From an uncultured bacterium (lineage in GTDB: Bacteria > Fidelibacterota > Marinisomatia > Marinisomatales > TCS56), in assembly GCA_964410945.1 (NCBI GenBank), contig CAYPJE010000010.1:15128-79127 (forward strand): DNA of 64,000 nt. Reading direction: 5' to 3'. Position 1 is the first letter of the stretch, and each line of letters begins with the position of its first letter. Of this stretch, positions 11,975 through 22,600 are shown piece after piece. Under the pieces are notes generated by a model, which was given only the letters and a program-made list of their open reading frames with translations, made no database searches and was not told the origin of the DNA. The translations under genes were made by a program, and so were the position numbers.

Positions 11975-13432
11975 TCAGCGCTTCAACTCCTGCTGCACGA
12001 ATTCAGGCACGGAAAAATGGTTGTGGGCAGTCATATCGAATTCGTTGTGTACGTAGTTCCCGTTGTCATCGATATGATAGAGCTGATTGTATTTATCTTT
12101 ATGGGCACAGATATCTTCCAGGGCCGTTACCAGCAGGTCAACATCTTCCCGGGTGTTATAAAGTCCAAAGGACGCTCTAACCATTCCAGCCTTGATTTTC
12201 AAATCGATATCAAAATCATCGAAATCGACTTCCCCCACGCGTGATTCAAGGTAATCCATGATCATTTCTTTTACGTAGGGATGGGCACAGAAACATTCGT
12301 TGCGCACGGCGATCCCGAAATAATCATTCAGAACGGCAGCCACAATCCCGTGATCTAGACCAAGGATGTTGAATGAAATCGAAGCCGCCCGGGGGCAGCG
12401 TGTGCAGTCGGTTTCACCGTAGACCGCGATATTCGGGATAGCCAGTATTTTATCGAGCGCATACTGGATCAATTCATCTTCATCCTCGAATACCTCCTGC
12501 ATGCCGATCGAGTCCAGTACTTCGATGGCAGCCGCCAGGCCGATAGCACCAGGAATATTAGGCGTTCCCGCTTCTTCACGGTCGGGAAAACTGGGGGATA
12601 TTGTGTACCGCTCCACGAAGACCTGGTCCACCATCCCGCCCCCGACTTCCTCCGGCTCCAATCCCTCCAGGATGTCTTTGCGGCAGATGACCACACCCGG
12701 CGATCCGGGGACATAGGTTTTATGTCCCGAAAAGACAAAAGCATCGATATCCCGGGCCGGGCTCTCGTGACCGCTCATCTGCACCGGCAGATGGGCCGCC
12801 ATCTGGGCACCGTCCACCAGGATGAAAGCGCCGTATTTATGGGCCAGTTCGGCAATATCGTAGACCGGATTGATGATGCCGGTAACGTTACTGACACCGG
12901 TAACAGCCACGTAGCTGGCGCTGTCTTTGTTCCGTTCCAGTTCCGCTTCCAGAGTTGCCAGATCGATACAACCGGGATTGCCAGTTGTCATTTCGAATGG
13001 AATATGAACGACTTTGCGGGCATGCTTGCGGTGTGGCAGATCATTGGAATGGTGTTCCATCAGTGAGACAAAAGCCGTCCCACGGTCAGGCCGGTAATCG
13101 CGGAAGACACGGGCAATACGGTTAATCCCGGCAGTTGAACCACTGCCGGTAAAAAAGCAGGTGTAGCGTTCCGGATCGGCCTTGAGGAAGCTCAGAATCC
13201 GGTCGTGGGCCCAATCGTATTGCTGAGTTGAAATTTTAGCTGAGAAATGCAGCAGGCTGTGAGTATTGGCATAGTGATTATGCAGCTCTTCCATGGCGTC
13301 ATTGGCAGCTTTCATCATCAGCGTACTGGCAGTGGAATCTAGATAAATTCGGCGGCTGGTTTTTCCAGTGGCCAGTTTGTAGGTGGTATCCAGCCCCAGG
13401 AATTGGGAACGAACTTTAGCAAGTAAATCCAT
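11975..13432 (-). CDS. Class V PLP aminotransferase / cysteine desulfurase-like
   Basis: IYLDSTAS, MEHHSNDLP, DGAQ, SGHK, EAGTPNI, RNECFCAHPY. Start placed at MDLLAK (13432). Confidence 0.88.
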   Translation of the reverse strand: MDLLAKVRSQFLGLDTTYKLATGKTSRRIYLDSTASTLMMKAANDAMEELHNHYANTHSLLHFSAKISTQQYDWAHDRILSFLKADPERYTCFFTGSGSTAGINRIARVFRDYRPDRGTAFVSLMEHHSNDLPHRKHARKVVHIPFEMTTGNPGCIDLATLEAELERNKDSASYVAVTGVSNVTGIINPVYDIAELAHKYGAFILVDGAQMAAHLPVQMSGHESPARDIDAFVFSGHKTYVPGSPGVVICRKDILEGLEPEEVGGGMVDQVFVERYTISPSFPDREEAGTPNIPGAIGLAAAIEVLDSIGMQEVFEDEDELIQYALDKILAIPNIAVYGETDCTRCPRAASISFNILGLDHGIVAAVLNDYFGIAVRNECFCAHPYVKEMIMDYLESRVGEVDFDDFDIDLKIKAGMVRASFGLYNTREDVDLLVTALEDICAHKDKYNQLYHIDDNGNYVHNEFDMTAHNHFSVPEFVQQELKR

Positions 13433-13527
13433 TATTTTTCCTTGTGATTTATCGGCCTTCGAGTCGAACAGGAAATTAAGAATTTCTGCCGATAAACCAC
13501 CACCCCTATTGGAAGCGTGTGGCGGGG

Positions 13528-13938
13528 TCAGAGTTCTTTTTGATAAAGATGTTTTCCCAGCCAGGTTGATAACTCCATCTGGTTGTACACAAAGCATTCC
13601 AGGCTGGACTGGTAATCGCAGATCCAGATTTCCGGAACAAAATAATGCTGGTCATATACCAGGGTTACGATTAATTGATTGAATTGTGAACGTGTTTTTG
13701 CGGCCGCCTGTGCCAGGGCGGCAAAGCTGACTACCAGATCGCCCTTGGGACGGTTGGCACGGACCGAAACCACTATCCGGCAATTAGTCCCGTTACGGTC
13801 GTCAAACGTACTCAGCCCCATGATTTTCGGAGGGGATACATGGTATTTTTCCAGATGCCGCTGAACCAACTCTTGAAGAATACGGTCGGGTGTTTTCTTT
13901 TGTGCCGGTAGAACTACCATTAGAAGCAGCAGCGACAT
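13528..13938 (-). CDS. Hypothetical secreted protein
   Basis: Same-strand ORF in the gene run; hydrophobic MSLLLLMVVLPAQ; start uncertain. Confidence 0.55.
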   Translation of the reverse strand: MSLLLLMVVLPAQKKTPDRILQELVQRHLEKYHVSPPKIMGLSTFDDRNGTNCRIVVSVRANRPKGDLVVSFAALAQAAAKTRSQFNQLIVTLVYDQHYFVPEIWICDYQSSLECFVYNQMELSTWLGKHLYQKEL

Positions 13939-13984
13939 AAGGATACCGGTTGGCCGGCGCACCGGGTTTGAAACGGATATAGTA

Positions 13985-14812
13985 TTAAAAACCTTCAATA
14001 CTGATATTTCCACTCAGAGATGTAATTGTTATTTCACCATCCCCTGTTCCAAGAGTACCGGTTATATGACCGGTCTGCTCATCCAGATTAGTGATTGTTA
14101 AGCCGGAAAAACTGATTATCCCGGAAGGGCTGGTGGCACTTAATGTTGCAGATGTTTCCCGGGGAATTGCCAGTCCGATATCCCCGGTGATGTCAGTTGC
14201 ACGGCAATAACCATTTGTTGGTAATGCGATTGTTATATCCGCATTACCGGGCACGCCATTGATTGTGCAGGATCCGGCATGGTTGTCCAGCCATAAGTCG
14301 CCATCCACCGAACTGATGGTCGTGGTTGTATCCAAATATGAAATAACAGCGTCGCCAGCGATAGTGTTGATTATTGTATTCATTTTATAAGGAATACCAA
14401 GAACAAGACCACAGGCTATATTCGAATAATTGTCCCCCTCGGGAAATTCCACAGAGACAATAATAGAACCTCCGGTCGTTTCGGTGGAAAGGATGAAATA
14501 ATCAAGCCCCGTTTGAGCATCATCATAGGTCTCCGCCTCAATTGATTTGTTGAGCTGCCACCTGATCTGGCCGGTATTACTTTCGCCCGTAACAATTAGA
14601 CCACCCAAAGTATTTGTTATTTCAATGTTGGTTTCACCAGTGATTTGTACTATTCCGTCGGAGCTGCCTTGAGTGGTGACCGGATCGGTATTATTGTCGC
14701 TGGTGTCCACACATCCGAAGTAAAAAACAGCAATTATTAACGCCGAAAAAATTCTGATGTTAATTGAATTAAACATGGTGTACCCGCTATTATTATTTTC
14801 AGTTATCCCCAA
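13985..14812 (-). CDS. DUF4097/putative adhesin beta-strand repeat lipoprotein
   Basis: YFGC lipobox; repeated TxxGDI/GNI strands; ends GTLGTGDGEITITSLSGNISI. Confidence 0.7.
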   Translation of the reverse strand: MGITENNNSGYTMFNSINIRIFSALIIAVFYFGCVDTSDNNTDPVTTQGSSDGIVQITGETNIEITNTLGGLIVTGESNTGQIRWQLNKSIEAETYDDAQTGLDYFILSTETTGGSIIVSVEFPEGDNYSNIACGLVLGIPYKMNTIINTIAGDAVISYLDTTTTISSVDGDLWLDNHAGSCTINGVPGNADITIALPTNGYCRATDITGDIGLAIPRETSATLSATSPSGIISFSGLTITNLDEQTGHITGTLGTGDGEITITSLSGNISIEGF

Positions 14813-14875
14813 TGATCCGGTAAGGTAAATAGAATACTGTAATTATGCAATTATATTTGATGTTTGCCAGAAATG

Positions 14876-14905
14876 AAAAAGGCGACCCGACAGGATCGCC
14901 TTTTT
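14876..14905 (-). terminator. Intrinsic terminator, potentially bidirectional
   Basis: Minus strand AAAAA-GGCGATCC-TGTC-GGGTCGCC-TTTTT just after the stop of 14924..16048. Confidence 0.8.
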
Positions 14906-14923
14906 ATATCCATGATAGTAATA

Positions 14924-16048
14924 TTAGAAAGTTTGCCGCAGTGAATTCTGTAAAGTGCGGATGATCAACAGGGCATCGGCGCCACTGATATTTCCATTGG
15001 GATCGAAACGGGCGGTGATCATATCGGCATTCATGATTCCCCGTTCGGTGCAAAGCGCCATGGCGTTGTAGGCAAAATGGCTGCTGGGTACATCCGAGAA
15101 GCGGGAGGGGTTTTCACCGAAATAACGTGTCTCCAGGCTGTTATCGCGAGTTACCACAACCAACAGACGCTGAACGGCCAGGGCATAGTTGGCACGGGTG
15201 ATCGATTCATCGGGGTAGAACAGGCCATCGGGATTTAAATCCATTACCCCGTACTGGATCATTTCGGAGACCCAGCCTTCAGCCCAGTGGCCTTTGATAT
15301 CGCCGGGTTCTATGTAAGCTTCTTCAGCGGCGACCTGTCCCGGTGTCTGAAACTCGGCCGGCGGAGCGGGAAGTTTGGAGATCAATTCACCGACTTTCAG
15401 TTCCTCGGCAAACAGGACCGACAGGTCAGCGCGACTGATCTTCGACTGAAGGGCAATTTTCTTGCCGGCCATGGTCCCGGGAACGGCACGGACAATCTTC
15501 TGGGAAATTTCCCATTTATCATTGGCCTTACCGGCGAACTCGCCTTTGCCTTCCACGACGCGCTTGAAGAAACCCTCGGCATTGCGGAAATTATAGTTAT
15601 ATAGATTTGCCAAGCCCAGGTAGTACAGGGTAGCTTCATGGTTTTCATCTTTGCGCAGTGCTTTAGTGAGATATTCTTCGGCCTTGTTAAACCAGGTTTT
15701 TTCTATGTTGCGCATCTCAATCCAGACGCGTCCGCAGAGAGCCAGTACCTCCGGGTCGTCATGCCCGAACTGGGCGGATTTATTAATATTGAATTTGGCA
15801 TCCTGGGCATCGCCTTCGAGGGCGCTAACCAGTCCCAGGCCGGCAAAACCAGGGGCAAATTTACGGTCAAGGTCAACCGCTCGCTGGAAGGAGGTCCGGG
15901 CGCCGTCAAGATTGTCGCTGTCTACGGCCCGCAACCCGGCCTTGAAATGATACTCGGGTGTATCCAGGGCGCTTTGCGGTTTTTGAGAACAATTACTGAT
16001 TAAAAAAATCAGGCTGAGTGATAAAATAATTTGGAGGACATTTTTCAT
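14924..16048 (-). CDS. Lipoprotein with TPR repeats and C-terminal SLH domains
   Basis: ISNC lipobox; TPRs; SLH motifs DIKGHWAE, FYPDESITRA, FSDVPSSHFAY, FDPNGNIS. Confidence 0.85.
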   Translation of the reverse strand: MKNVLQIILSLSLIFLISNCSQKPQSALDTPEYHFKAGLRAVDSDNLDGARTSFQRAVDLDRKFAPGFAGLGLVSALEGDAQDAKFNINKSAQFGHDDPEVLALCGRVWIEMRNIEKTWFNKAEEYLTKALRKDENHEATLYYLGLANLYNYNFRNAEGFFKRVVEGKGEFAGKANDKWEISQKIVRAVPGTMAGKKIALQSKISRADLSVLFAEELKVGELISKLPAPPAEFQTPGQVAAEEAYIEPGDIKGHWAEGWVSEMIQYGVMDLNPDGLFYPDESITRANYALAVQRLLVVVTRDNSLETRYFGENPSRFSDVPSSHFAYNAMALCTERGIMNADMITARFDPNGNISGADALLIIRTLQNSLRQTF

Positions 16049-16251
16049 GATGATTCCCCTGTTGTTAATGCAAGATATGCGTCGAATATAAAAGGAATTG
16101 GAATCAAAAGAAATAACTGCCGCCGGTATTTGAGATATATCACAATCGCTTGATATTGATAAACATCACAACAACCGGGAATGTCATTGCATTCTGTATG
16201 AGGAATGAATAATTTAAATTGATCTATTAGACAAGGCATTATCGAGGGAAC

Positions 16252-17364
16252 ATGGAAAAACTAAGGCAAATAATCATAGTATCCATTTTATTAATTGTAT
16301 CTTTAAGTGCCCAAACCCAAAAAGTCGTCGGAGAAGGGATGGCTCTTAACCGTGATGCGGCTATCGAGCAGGCCAAGCGAGCTGCAGTAGAAAACGGATT
16401 AGGGGCAGTCATGTCATCCGAAACGGTTGTGAAAAATGCGATGGTGTTTTCCGACAATATCTATTCCAAGGCCCAGGGATTCGTAAAAACATTTGAGGTA
16501 CTCAGCGAGAGCCAGGGCCCCGACGGTCTTTGGGAGGTTACTATCGAAGCAGAAGTGACCCAGATTCTGGACCAGGTGCTCCAAGACGAAACCGCCATGC
16601 AGGTTCTGTTGAACAGTATGAACCGTCCGCGGATCATGTTTATGGTTAAAGAGGAAAACCTGATTGACAATACCCCTACGGATTTTGCCGAGACCAAATT
16701 ATTGAGTATGTTCTATGAAAAAGGCTTTGACGTAGTCGACCGCCAACTGGTGGCAGCCATGAAGGGCGAACCGGATTATGCCCAGGCGCTGGAAGGTAAT
16801 GTTACCGCCGCCGCCAAGATAGCGGGAATGCTGGGAGCGGAAGTAATCGTGATTGGGACGGCCAAGATCAGTTCCGGTGGCAAAGTTTACAATATGTATT
16901 CCGGGCAGGCTGATATCAATTCCAAGATAATTCGAGCCGATACCGGCGAAATTCTGGCTGTTGTACCGCAGGCAAGAGGCAAAAAACCGCATATTTCAGA
17001 ATCCACAGCCGGTGTCAACGCTACCAACGAAGCTTCGGAGAAATTGGGCCAGGAAATCATCAGCCAGTTGATCCGCAAGTGGAGTACCCAGCAGGCTAAT
17101 TTTACCAAGATTTATTTTGTGGTCAGTAATTCTGATTTTGGCTCCTACATGATGTTCGAATCATTTTTAAAAGCCCAGACCGTATCGGGAATTCGCAATG
17201 CTTATGCGAAAAGCCTGAATGACGGCGTGGCCGAATATGAAGTTGAATTTGAAGGAAAAGCACAGGATCTGGCAATGGGGTTGTCAAGAACAGCACCCGA
17301 TGGCTTCAGTTTCAAAATTACCGGTCTGAGTGGTAACCGTATTACCGCTGAAATCGTGGAATAA
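16252..17364 (+). CDS. FlgT N-terminal-like plus TolB-N/CsgG-like domain protein
   Basis: Signal peptide; RDAAIEQAKRAAVE..DNIYSKAQGFVK (FlgT_N-like); NRPRIM..GFDVVD..GAEVIVIG..ADTGEIL. Confidence 0.7.
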   Translation: MEKLRQIIIVSILLIVSLSAQTQKVVGEGMALNRDAAIEQAKRAAVENGLGAVMSSETVVKNAMVFSDNIYSKAQGFVKTFEVLSESQGPDGLWEVTIEAEVTQILDQVLQDETAMQVLLNSMNRPRIMFMVKEENLIDNTPTDFAETKLLSMFYEKGFDVVDRQLVAAMKGEPDYAQALEGNVTAAAKIAGMLGAEVIVIGTAKISSGGKVYNMYSGQADINSKIIRADTGEILAVVPQARGKKPHISESTAGVNATNEASEKLGQEIISQLIRKWSTQQANFTKIYFVVSNSDFGSYMMFESFLKAQTVSGIRNAYAKSLNDGVAEYEVEFEGKAQDLAMGLSRTAPDGFSFKITGLSGNRITAEIVE

Positions 17365-17368
17365 GTAA

Positions 17369-18235
17369 ATGGAGGATACAATGAAAAAACTCACTATTAT
17401 ACTTATAGTTTTATTTTCATTTGCCTGGGGGCAGTATGGATATGGAGTAGTACCGGGAGCAGTTGTGGAAGAAACTGACAATGGCGCTATTAACTACACT
17501 CAGGGCATTGTAACCGCCACCGGAATAGGTGCTATCCCGGAATATGCTGTCAATGCCGGCCAGGCGCGCGCCATGGCAATCAGGGCTGCCAAGGCTGATG
17601 CCCGCCGCCAGTTGGTGGAAATGGTCAATGGAATCACACTGACCAGCGAAACGACGATGCGCAACCGCATGGCCGATGAGGTTGTTCATGAATCGGTCTC
17701 AGGTGTAATTCAAGGCGCATACCAGGTAGGTGAAGTCCGATATCTCAGTGACACATCCGTTGAGTTGACTATGGCTGTTTCCATGAGTGGAATTTCTGAA
17801 ATTGTAACTCCCGCCATTGGTTTCATGGATGTTGCTGCCGTTGCCACTCCTCCGGCCCCGGCCCTTTCAACTACGGCCGTGGAACCGACAGTGGAAGCCT
17901 ATACCGGTGTAATCATTGATGCCCGCGGTCTGAATATCAGGCCGGCCATGGCACCGCGGGTTCTGGATCCCAATGGCGGGATTGTTTACGGTCCCGGTAA
18001 TTACACCCGCGAATACGCTGTTACCAATGGCGTCGCCGGATATTCCAAAGACCTGGCCAATGCCCAGAATGATATGCGCGTGAAAGGCAATCCGCTGGTG
18101 GTAAAGGCAACCGCAGCCAGCGGTGTTAACCGTACCGATGTTGTAGTGGATAATAATGATGTAAGGCAGATAAACCAGGCGAACGATGCCAGTAATATTC
18201 TACACGATTGCCGGGTATTATTACTGTTGGATTGA
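17369..18235 (+). CDS. LPP20 (FlgP-like) family exported protein
   Basis: VTATGIG..ARAMAIRAAKADARRQLVEMVNGI..SETT; YTGVIIDARG..RPAM. Start probably ATG 17381 after GGAGG. Confidence 0.75.
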   Translation: MEDTMKKLTIILIVLFSFAWGQYGYGVVPGAVVEETDNGAINYTQGIVTATGIGAIPEYAVNAGQARAMAIRAAKADARRQLVEMVNGITLTSETTMRNRMADEVVHESVSGVIQGAYQVGEVRYLSDTSVELTMAVSMSGISEIVTPAIGFMDVAAVATPPAPALSTTAVEPTVEAYTGVIIDARGLNIRPAMAPRVLDPNGGIVYGPGNYTREYAVTNGVAGYSKDLANAQNDMRVKGNPLVVKATAASGVNRTDVVVDNNDVRQINQANDASNILHDCRVLLLLD

Positions 18236-18258
18236 TTTAGGGAGCATAATAAAGTAGG

Positions 18259-18894
18259 TTGGTAAGTATGGGATTACGAATATTTGGTATTGTACTACTG
18301 TTTTTCACGTTGGGATTTGCGCAGCAGGAAGAAGAGGCGATCGTTCCTGATGTGGAGGGTATCGATCAGAATGTCCTGCAGATCGGCGATATTGCCCCAA
18401 GTTGGGCACTGATGTATGCCCCGGCCCAGTTCGAGTTTCTGAAAAATTGGACGGTCGAGGAGGGCAAGACCCTGCGACGTTTGAAAACACAGCCGGATCG
18501 CCATGTGGTGGTCATAAGTTTTTTTGCCACCTGGTGTAAGCCATGCATGAAAGAGTTGCCGCATCTGGAAAATCTTTATCAGAAATACCAGGATGAGAAA
18601 ATCAAATTTTTTCTTATAGATATTACCGAGGCGACGAGAACATCGCCTGGTTTTGAGGATTCACCAGTGGCTGGTCCGTTTCTTGCGGAAAAAGGGATAA
18701 ATATCCAGATTTTAAATGATAACCGTGGAGTTGTTAAAGAGAAATACGGGGTTTCTACCCTGCCGCGCTTATTCGTGGTTGATCAATATCAGACTATTCA
18801 ACTGGTGAAACAGGGTTTTCATGAAGGCGAAGATTTTGAAGGGGAATTATCACGCATAATTGAGGAGTTATTGAGCGCTGATAATGAGGGCTGA
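18259..18894 (+). CDS. TlpA-like thiol-disulfide oxidoreductase
   Basis: GDIAP, FFATWCKPCMKELP, YGVSTLPRLFVVD; signal peptide. Confidence 0.9.
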   Translation: MVSMGLRIFGIVLLFFTLGFAQQEEEAIVPDVEGIDQNVLQIGDIAPSWALMYAPAQFEFLKNWTVEEGKTLRRLKTQPDRHVVVISFFATWCKPCMKELPHLENLYQKYQDEKIKFFLIDITEATRTSPGFEDSPVAGPFLAEKGINIQILNDNRGVVKEKYGVSTLPRLFVVDQYQTIQLVKQGFHEGEDFEGELSRIIEELLSADNEG

Positions 18895-18962
18895 ACAGCC
18901 CGATCCCGGACTTTAATATCTATTAAAATCACTACTCCCCGCGTAGGGGGAAGAGAGAGGCT

Positions 18963-19649
18963 ATGAATACTTCCATTTTCAGGACAGGAATGAGAGCGTT
19001 CATGAGTGCTTTGGTTCTGCAGATCGCATTACCGGTTACCGCAGGCGCTCAAGACAAAGAAACCGTGGCTATATTGGACTTTGAAGGCCGGGGTATTTCA
19101 CAATTAGAGGCTCAGACCTTAACCGATCGTTTTACCTCCGAGTTAGCATCGACCAACGCCATGATTCTGGTAGAAAGAAACCAGATGAATGAGATCCTGG
19201 ATGAACAGGGTTTTCAGCAATCCGGCTGTACCAGCGCCGAATGTGCCGCCGAGGTTGGTGCCCTGCTGGGTGTCCAACACATGATTGCCGGTTCATTCGG
19301 GAAACTGGGTACCAGTTATACCATCGACGCAAAAATGTTTTCAGTTGAATCAGGTAAAACAGAGAAAACCGTAAGTGCTACTTACAAGGGTGAAATCGAT
19401 GGTCTGCTGACCGAGATCGAAATCCTGGCCTGGGAACTGATGAATCTTAACCCACCGCAGGAACTGCTAGAAAAACAGGCCGCTGGACAACAACCGGTTG
19501 CCGTGGCGGCCCCCGCCAAGGAAAAGGGCGGTAGTGGTTGGTTACTCTGGGCTGTGGTTGGCGTGGCCGCCGCTGGTGGTGCAGCCTACTTCCTGATGGC
19601 CGGTGAAGGAGATGCCACCCTGCCCGGTCCACCGGATATGCCTGAGTAG
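18963..19649 (+). CDS. CsgG/FlgO-like domain protein with C-terminal hydrophobic anchor
   Basis: AILDFEGRGIS..LVERNQMNEILDEQGFQQSGCTSAEC; C-terminal WLLWAVVGVAAAGGAAYFL..LPGPP. Confidence 0.75.
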   Translation: MNTSIFRTGMRAFMSALVLQIALPVTAGAQDKETVAILDFEGRGISQLEAQTLTDRFTSELASTNAMILVERNQMNEILDEQGFQQSGCTSAECAAEVGALLGVQHMIAGSFGKLGTSYTIDAKMFSVESGKTEKTVSATYKGEIDGLLTEIEILAWELMNLNPPQELLEKQAAGQQPVAVAAPAKEKGGSGWLLWAVVGVAAAGGAAYFLMAGEGDATLPGPPDMPE

Positions 19650-19674
19650 AGAAATAATATATTGATTATCATAA

Positions 19675-22600
19675 ATGCTTAAAAACAATTATTCCAGCGA
19701 GTGTCCTATGAAGACCTTATCAGCTAATACTAAACCAAATTCACCTCAACTTTATCTGCTACTATTGTTTATGCTGTGCATGTCAGTAGTATGGGGGCAA
19801 TTACCTAACGAAATAATTGATAAAACTTTCGATAGCGATGGACTGGTGACGACCAATATCACCAGTGGTTTCGATGATGTAGGTTATGCCTCGGTTATAC
19901 AGACTGACGGTAAAATAGTCGTGGCTGGCAAATCAAATTCTGGTTCAGGTAATAAATTTGCTGTGGCGAGGTATAATGAGAATGGCAGTCTTGACAACAC
20001 ATTTGGGACCAGCGGTTATGTAACCACTAGTGTTAGTAGCGTTGGCGATGAAGCCTGGGCTGTTGCCCTCCAATCCGATGGTAAAATTGTTGTTGCCGGT
20101 TATTCGGTATATGCTACTTGGTGTGAATATGGTGTAGTACGTTATAACAGTGATGGTTCACTTGATACAAGTTTTGATTCTGATGGTATTGTTACTACAT
20201 CTGTTAATGTTGGAACTGGTTGGGGTTATATTTATGCAATCGCTATTCAGGAAGATGGAAAGATAATTATTGCTGGTTCAAGTCCTGCCGCAAATAACCA
20301 GGAGGATATTACCCTGGTTCGCTATAATACAAACGGTAGTCTTGATACAACCGGTTTCACACCCGATGGAATAGTTACCGCCAGCATTACCGGGGGAGAA
20401 GTTGCCCAGGGAATTGCTGTTCAGGAAGATGGCAAAATTGTGGTTGGTGGCTACAGCAGTACCGATAAAGAATTTTTGGTTTTGCGGTTTAACAGCGACG
20501 GTTCACCTGATACCGGTTTTGGCAGCAATGGGATTTTTGAAACCAGCTTCGGTTATGGTCTTGTGTATGCAAATTCATTGGATTTACAGGAAGATGAAAA
20601 AATCATTCTGGTTGGTAGTGTTTATAATGGCACGGACATGGATTGTGCCACGATGCGGTTTACAACAGCCGGGGCGCTGGATAATACTTTTGACAGCGAC
20701 GGGCTGGCCACCGTCAATTTCAATAATGGTAGTGATTATGGTGAAGGTGTGGCTGTTCAGGGTGATGGCAAAATCGTTGTTGCCAGCTCAGCAAACAATG
20801 GCTCGGCATATAAATTTGGAATTGTCCGCTATCTAACCGATGGCAGCCTTGACCAGGGTTTTGGGGATTATGGCAAGAAAATGATCAGCTTCGGGACCTA
20901 CTCCTACGAGGATTGGCCCCACGATGTCAGTTTACAGGATGATGGTAAAATTGTGGTGGTGGGTCACAGCACCAACGGTACCGACGATGACTTTTCGCTG
21001 GTACGCCTAAGTGGTGCAACGCAAATATTACCGAATAATAATAATCAATATACGGATAATATTTCCGGAATTCCCCTTAGCACATATGATGCCGACATGC
21101 GCCATCAATCACTCTACTCAGCTTCGGAATTATCCGATGTGGGTATACCAGCAAATTCAACAATTACCGCAGTTGAAATTATACCTTCCGCTGTTCCCTC
21201 AATTACCCTGAATAATTTCAGGGTAGGAACCGGGTTTACAGCCAACACCTCCTTCAGTGACTGGGAGTCGCCGGCGATTAGTTTCGGTCCTACCAGCCTG
21301 GCCCCATCTGAATTCACCAGTATGGAGTGGTACCAAATTGACGTTGATGATATCACATGGAATGGAACCGACAACCTGGTTCTGGAAATCAGTCACGATA
21401 ATAGTGATAATGATTATTCCAGTAACGGCGGTGTTTACCTGCGGGAAACAGGAATTAATAATCGTGCTATTCACACCGCAACGGATTACGGTGTATATCC
21501 GTTTGATGGAAACGGTTATTCAACTGATCAAAATGTTGTTGCCCTGCGCCTGCTATATGAAGTAGCAGCCGTTTTACCAGCCTCCAACATGGTTTTAACG
21601 GCCGGTGATGCTGAAATTGATCTGAGCTGGACCGCCTCCGGTGATGGCGACCTGTCGGAATATATTGTTTTCAGAGGTACAACCTCGAATAACCTGGTGC
21701 GGATCGATTCGGTCAATTCCGGCACAACAAGCTATACTGATGATGGTTTAGTTAATGGTACCACCTACTACTACGGCGTCAAAGCCAAAAACAGCGATGC
21801 GGAACTGAGTGAATTCACCAATATTGAAAATACCATGCCGGAATATTCCGGCCCTGTTAATATCACCGTTGCCAACAGCGATACCCGCGCTGCCCTGAAC
21901 TGGGAAGCCCCCGGCGGAACCATCGCCGCCTATTTCATCTATCGCGGTACATCCGCTGATCCTACCGCTGAACTGGACAGTCTCGGCTCCGGGACAACCT
22001 ATTATTTTGACGAAGGACTGACTAACGGCACAGCTTATTTCTATCGTCTGAAAGCCAAATTCAGTGATGGCAGCTTCAGCAGCTATTCGGAGAATTATGT
22101 CGTCACACCCAATGAATATGCCATGAACGTCGATGGCAATATCACTGACTGGGCCAATATCCGCCAGATCCATAATGATCCGGTGGGTGATGTGGGTTCC
22201 GCTGATATTGATTCACTGAAACTAAATGCCGATGGTTTTTATTTATATGGAGCTTTAGTTACTGCATCTGATTTGGGTAACGACCTGGTTAGTATTTATT
22301 TTGATACCGATTTCAATGCCACCACCAGTGAGCAGGAGAGTGATCTTGGTGCCGATTACAAACTGACAATTTCACCTTGGGGTACCAATGAGTTTCTATT
22401 CAGGAATCAATTCAATAATTGGGAAAGCGATCCCGATGCCGACTTTAATATTATCAGTGCAAATGGCAATCAATTCCATGAATTCAGCATTCACCTTGAC
22501 AATCTGGATGGCCCCGACTCATTAAGATTTTATCTCAGTTCCAATTCTAACGATAAGGCGCCGGATGCCGGCAACCGGGCCTATATTCTTGACCCGAACG

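Noticed and set aside
13433-13597. N-terminal extension of the desulfurase-like ORF in the track
   Set aside because: Overlaps the upstream gene; ATG 13432 is a better start. Similar over-long starts were trimmed for pcm, the ABC ATPase, ABC-F, 49526 and the PHP gene
16252-19649. Flagellar operon
   Set aside because: Only FlgT/LPP20/FlgO-like folds; no rod, hook, motor or export genes in the window
19816-21015. Periodic GATGGTAAAAT-like repeats suggesting an array
   Set aside because: In-frame delta-60 protein repeats that diverge at synonymous sites; not CRISPR, and no cas genes are present
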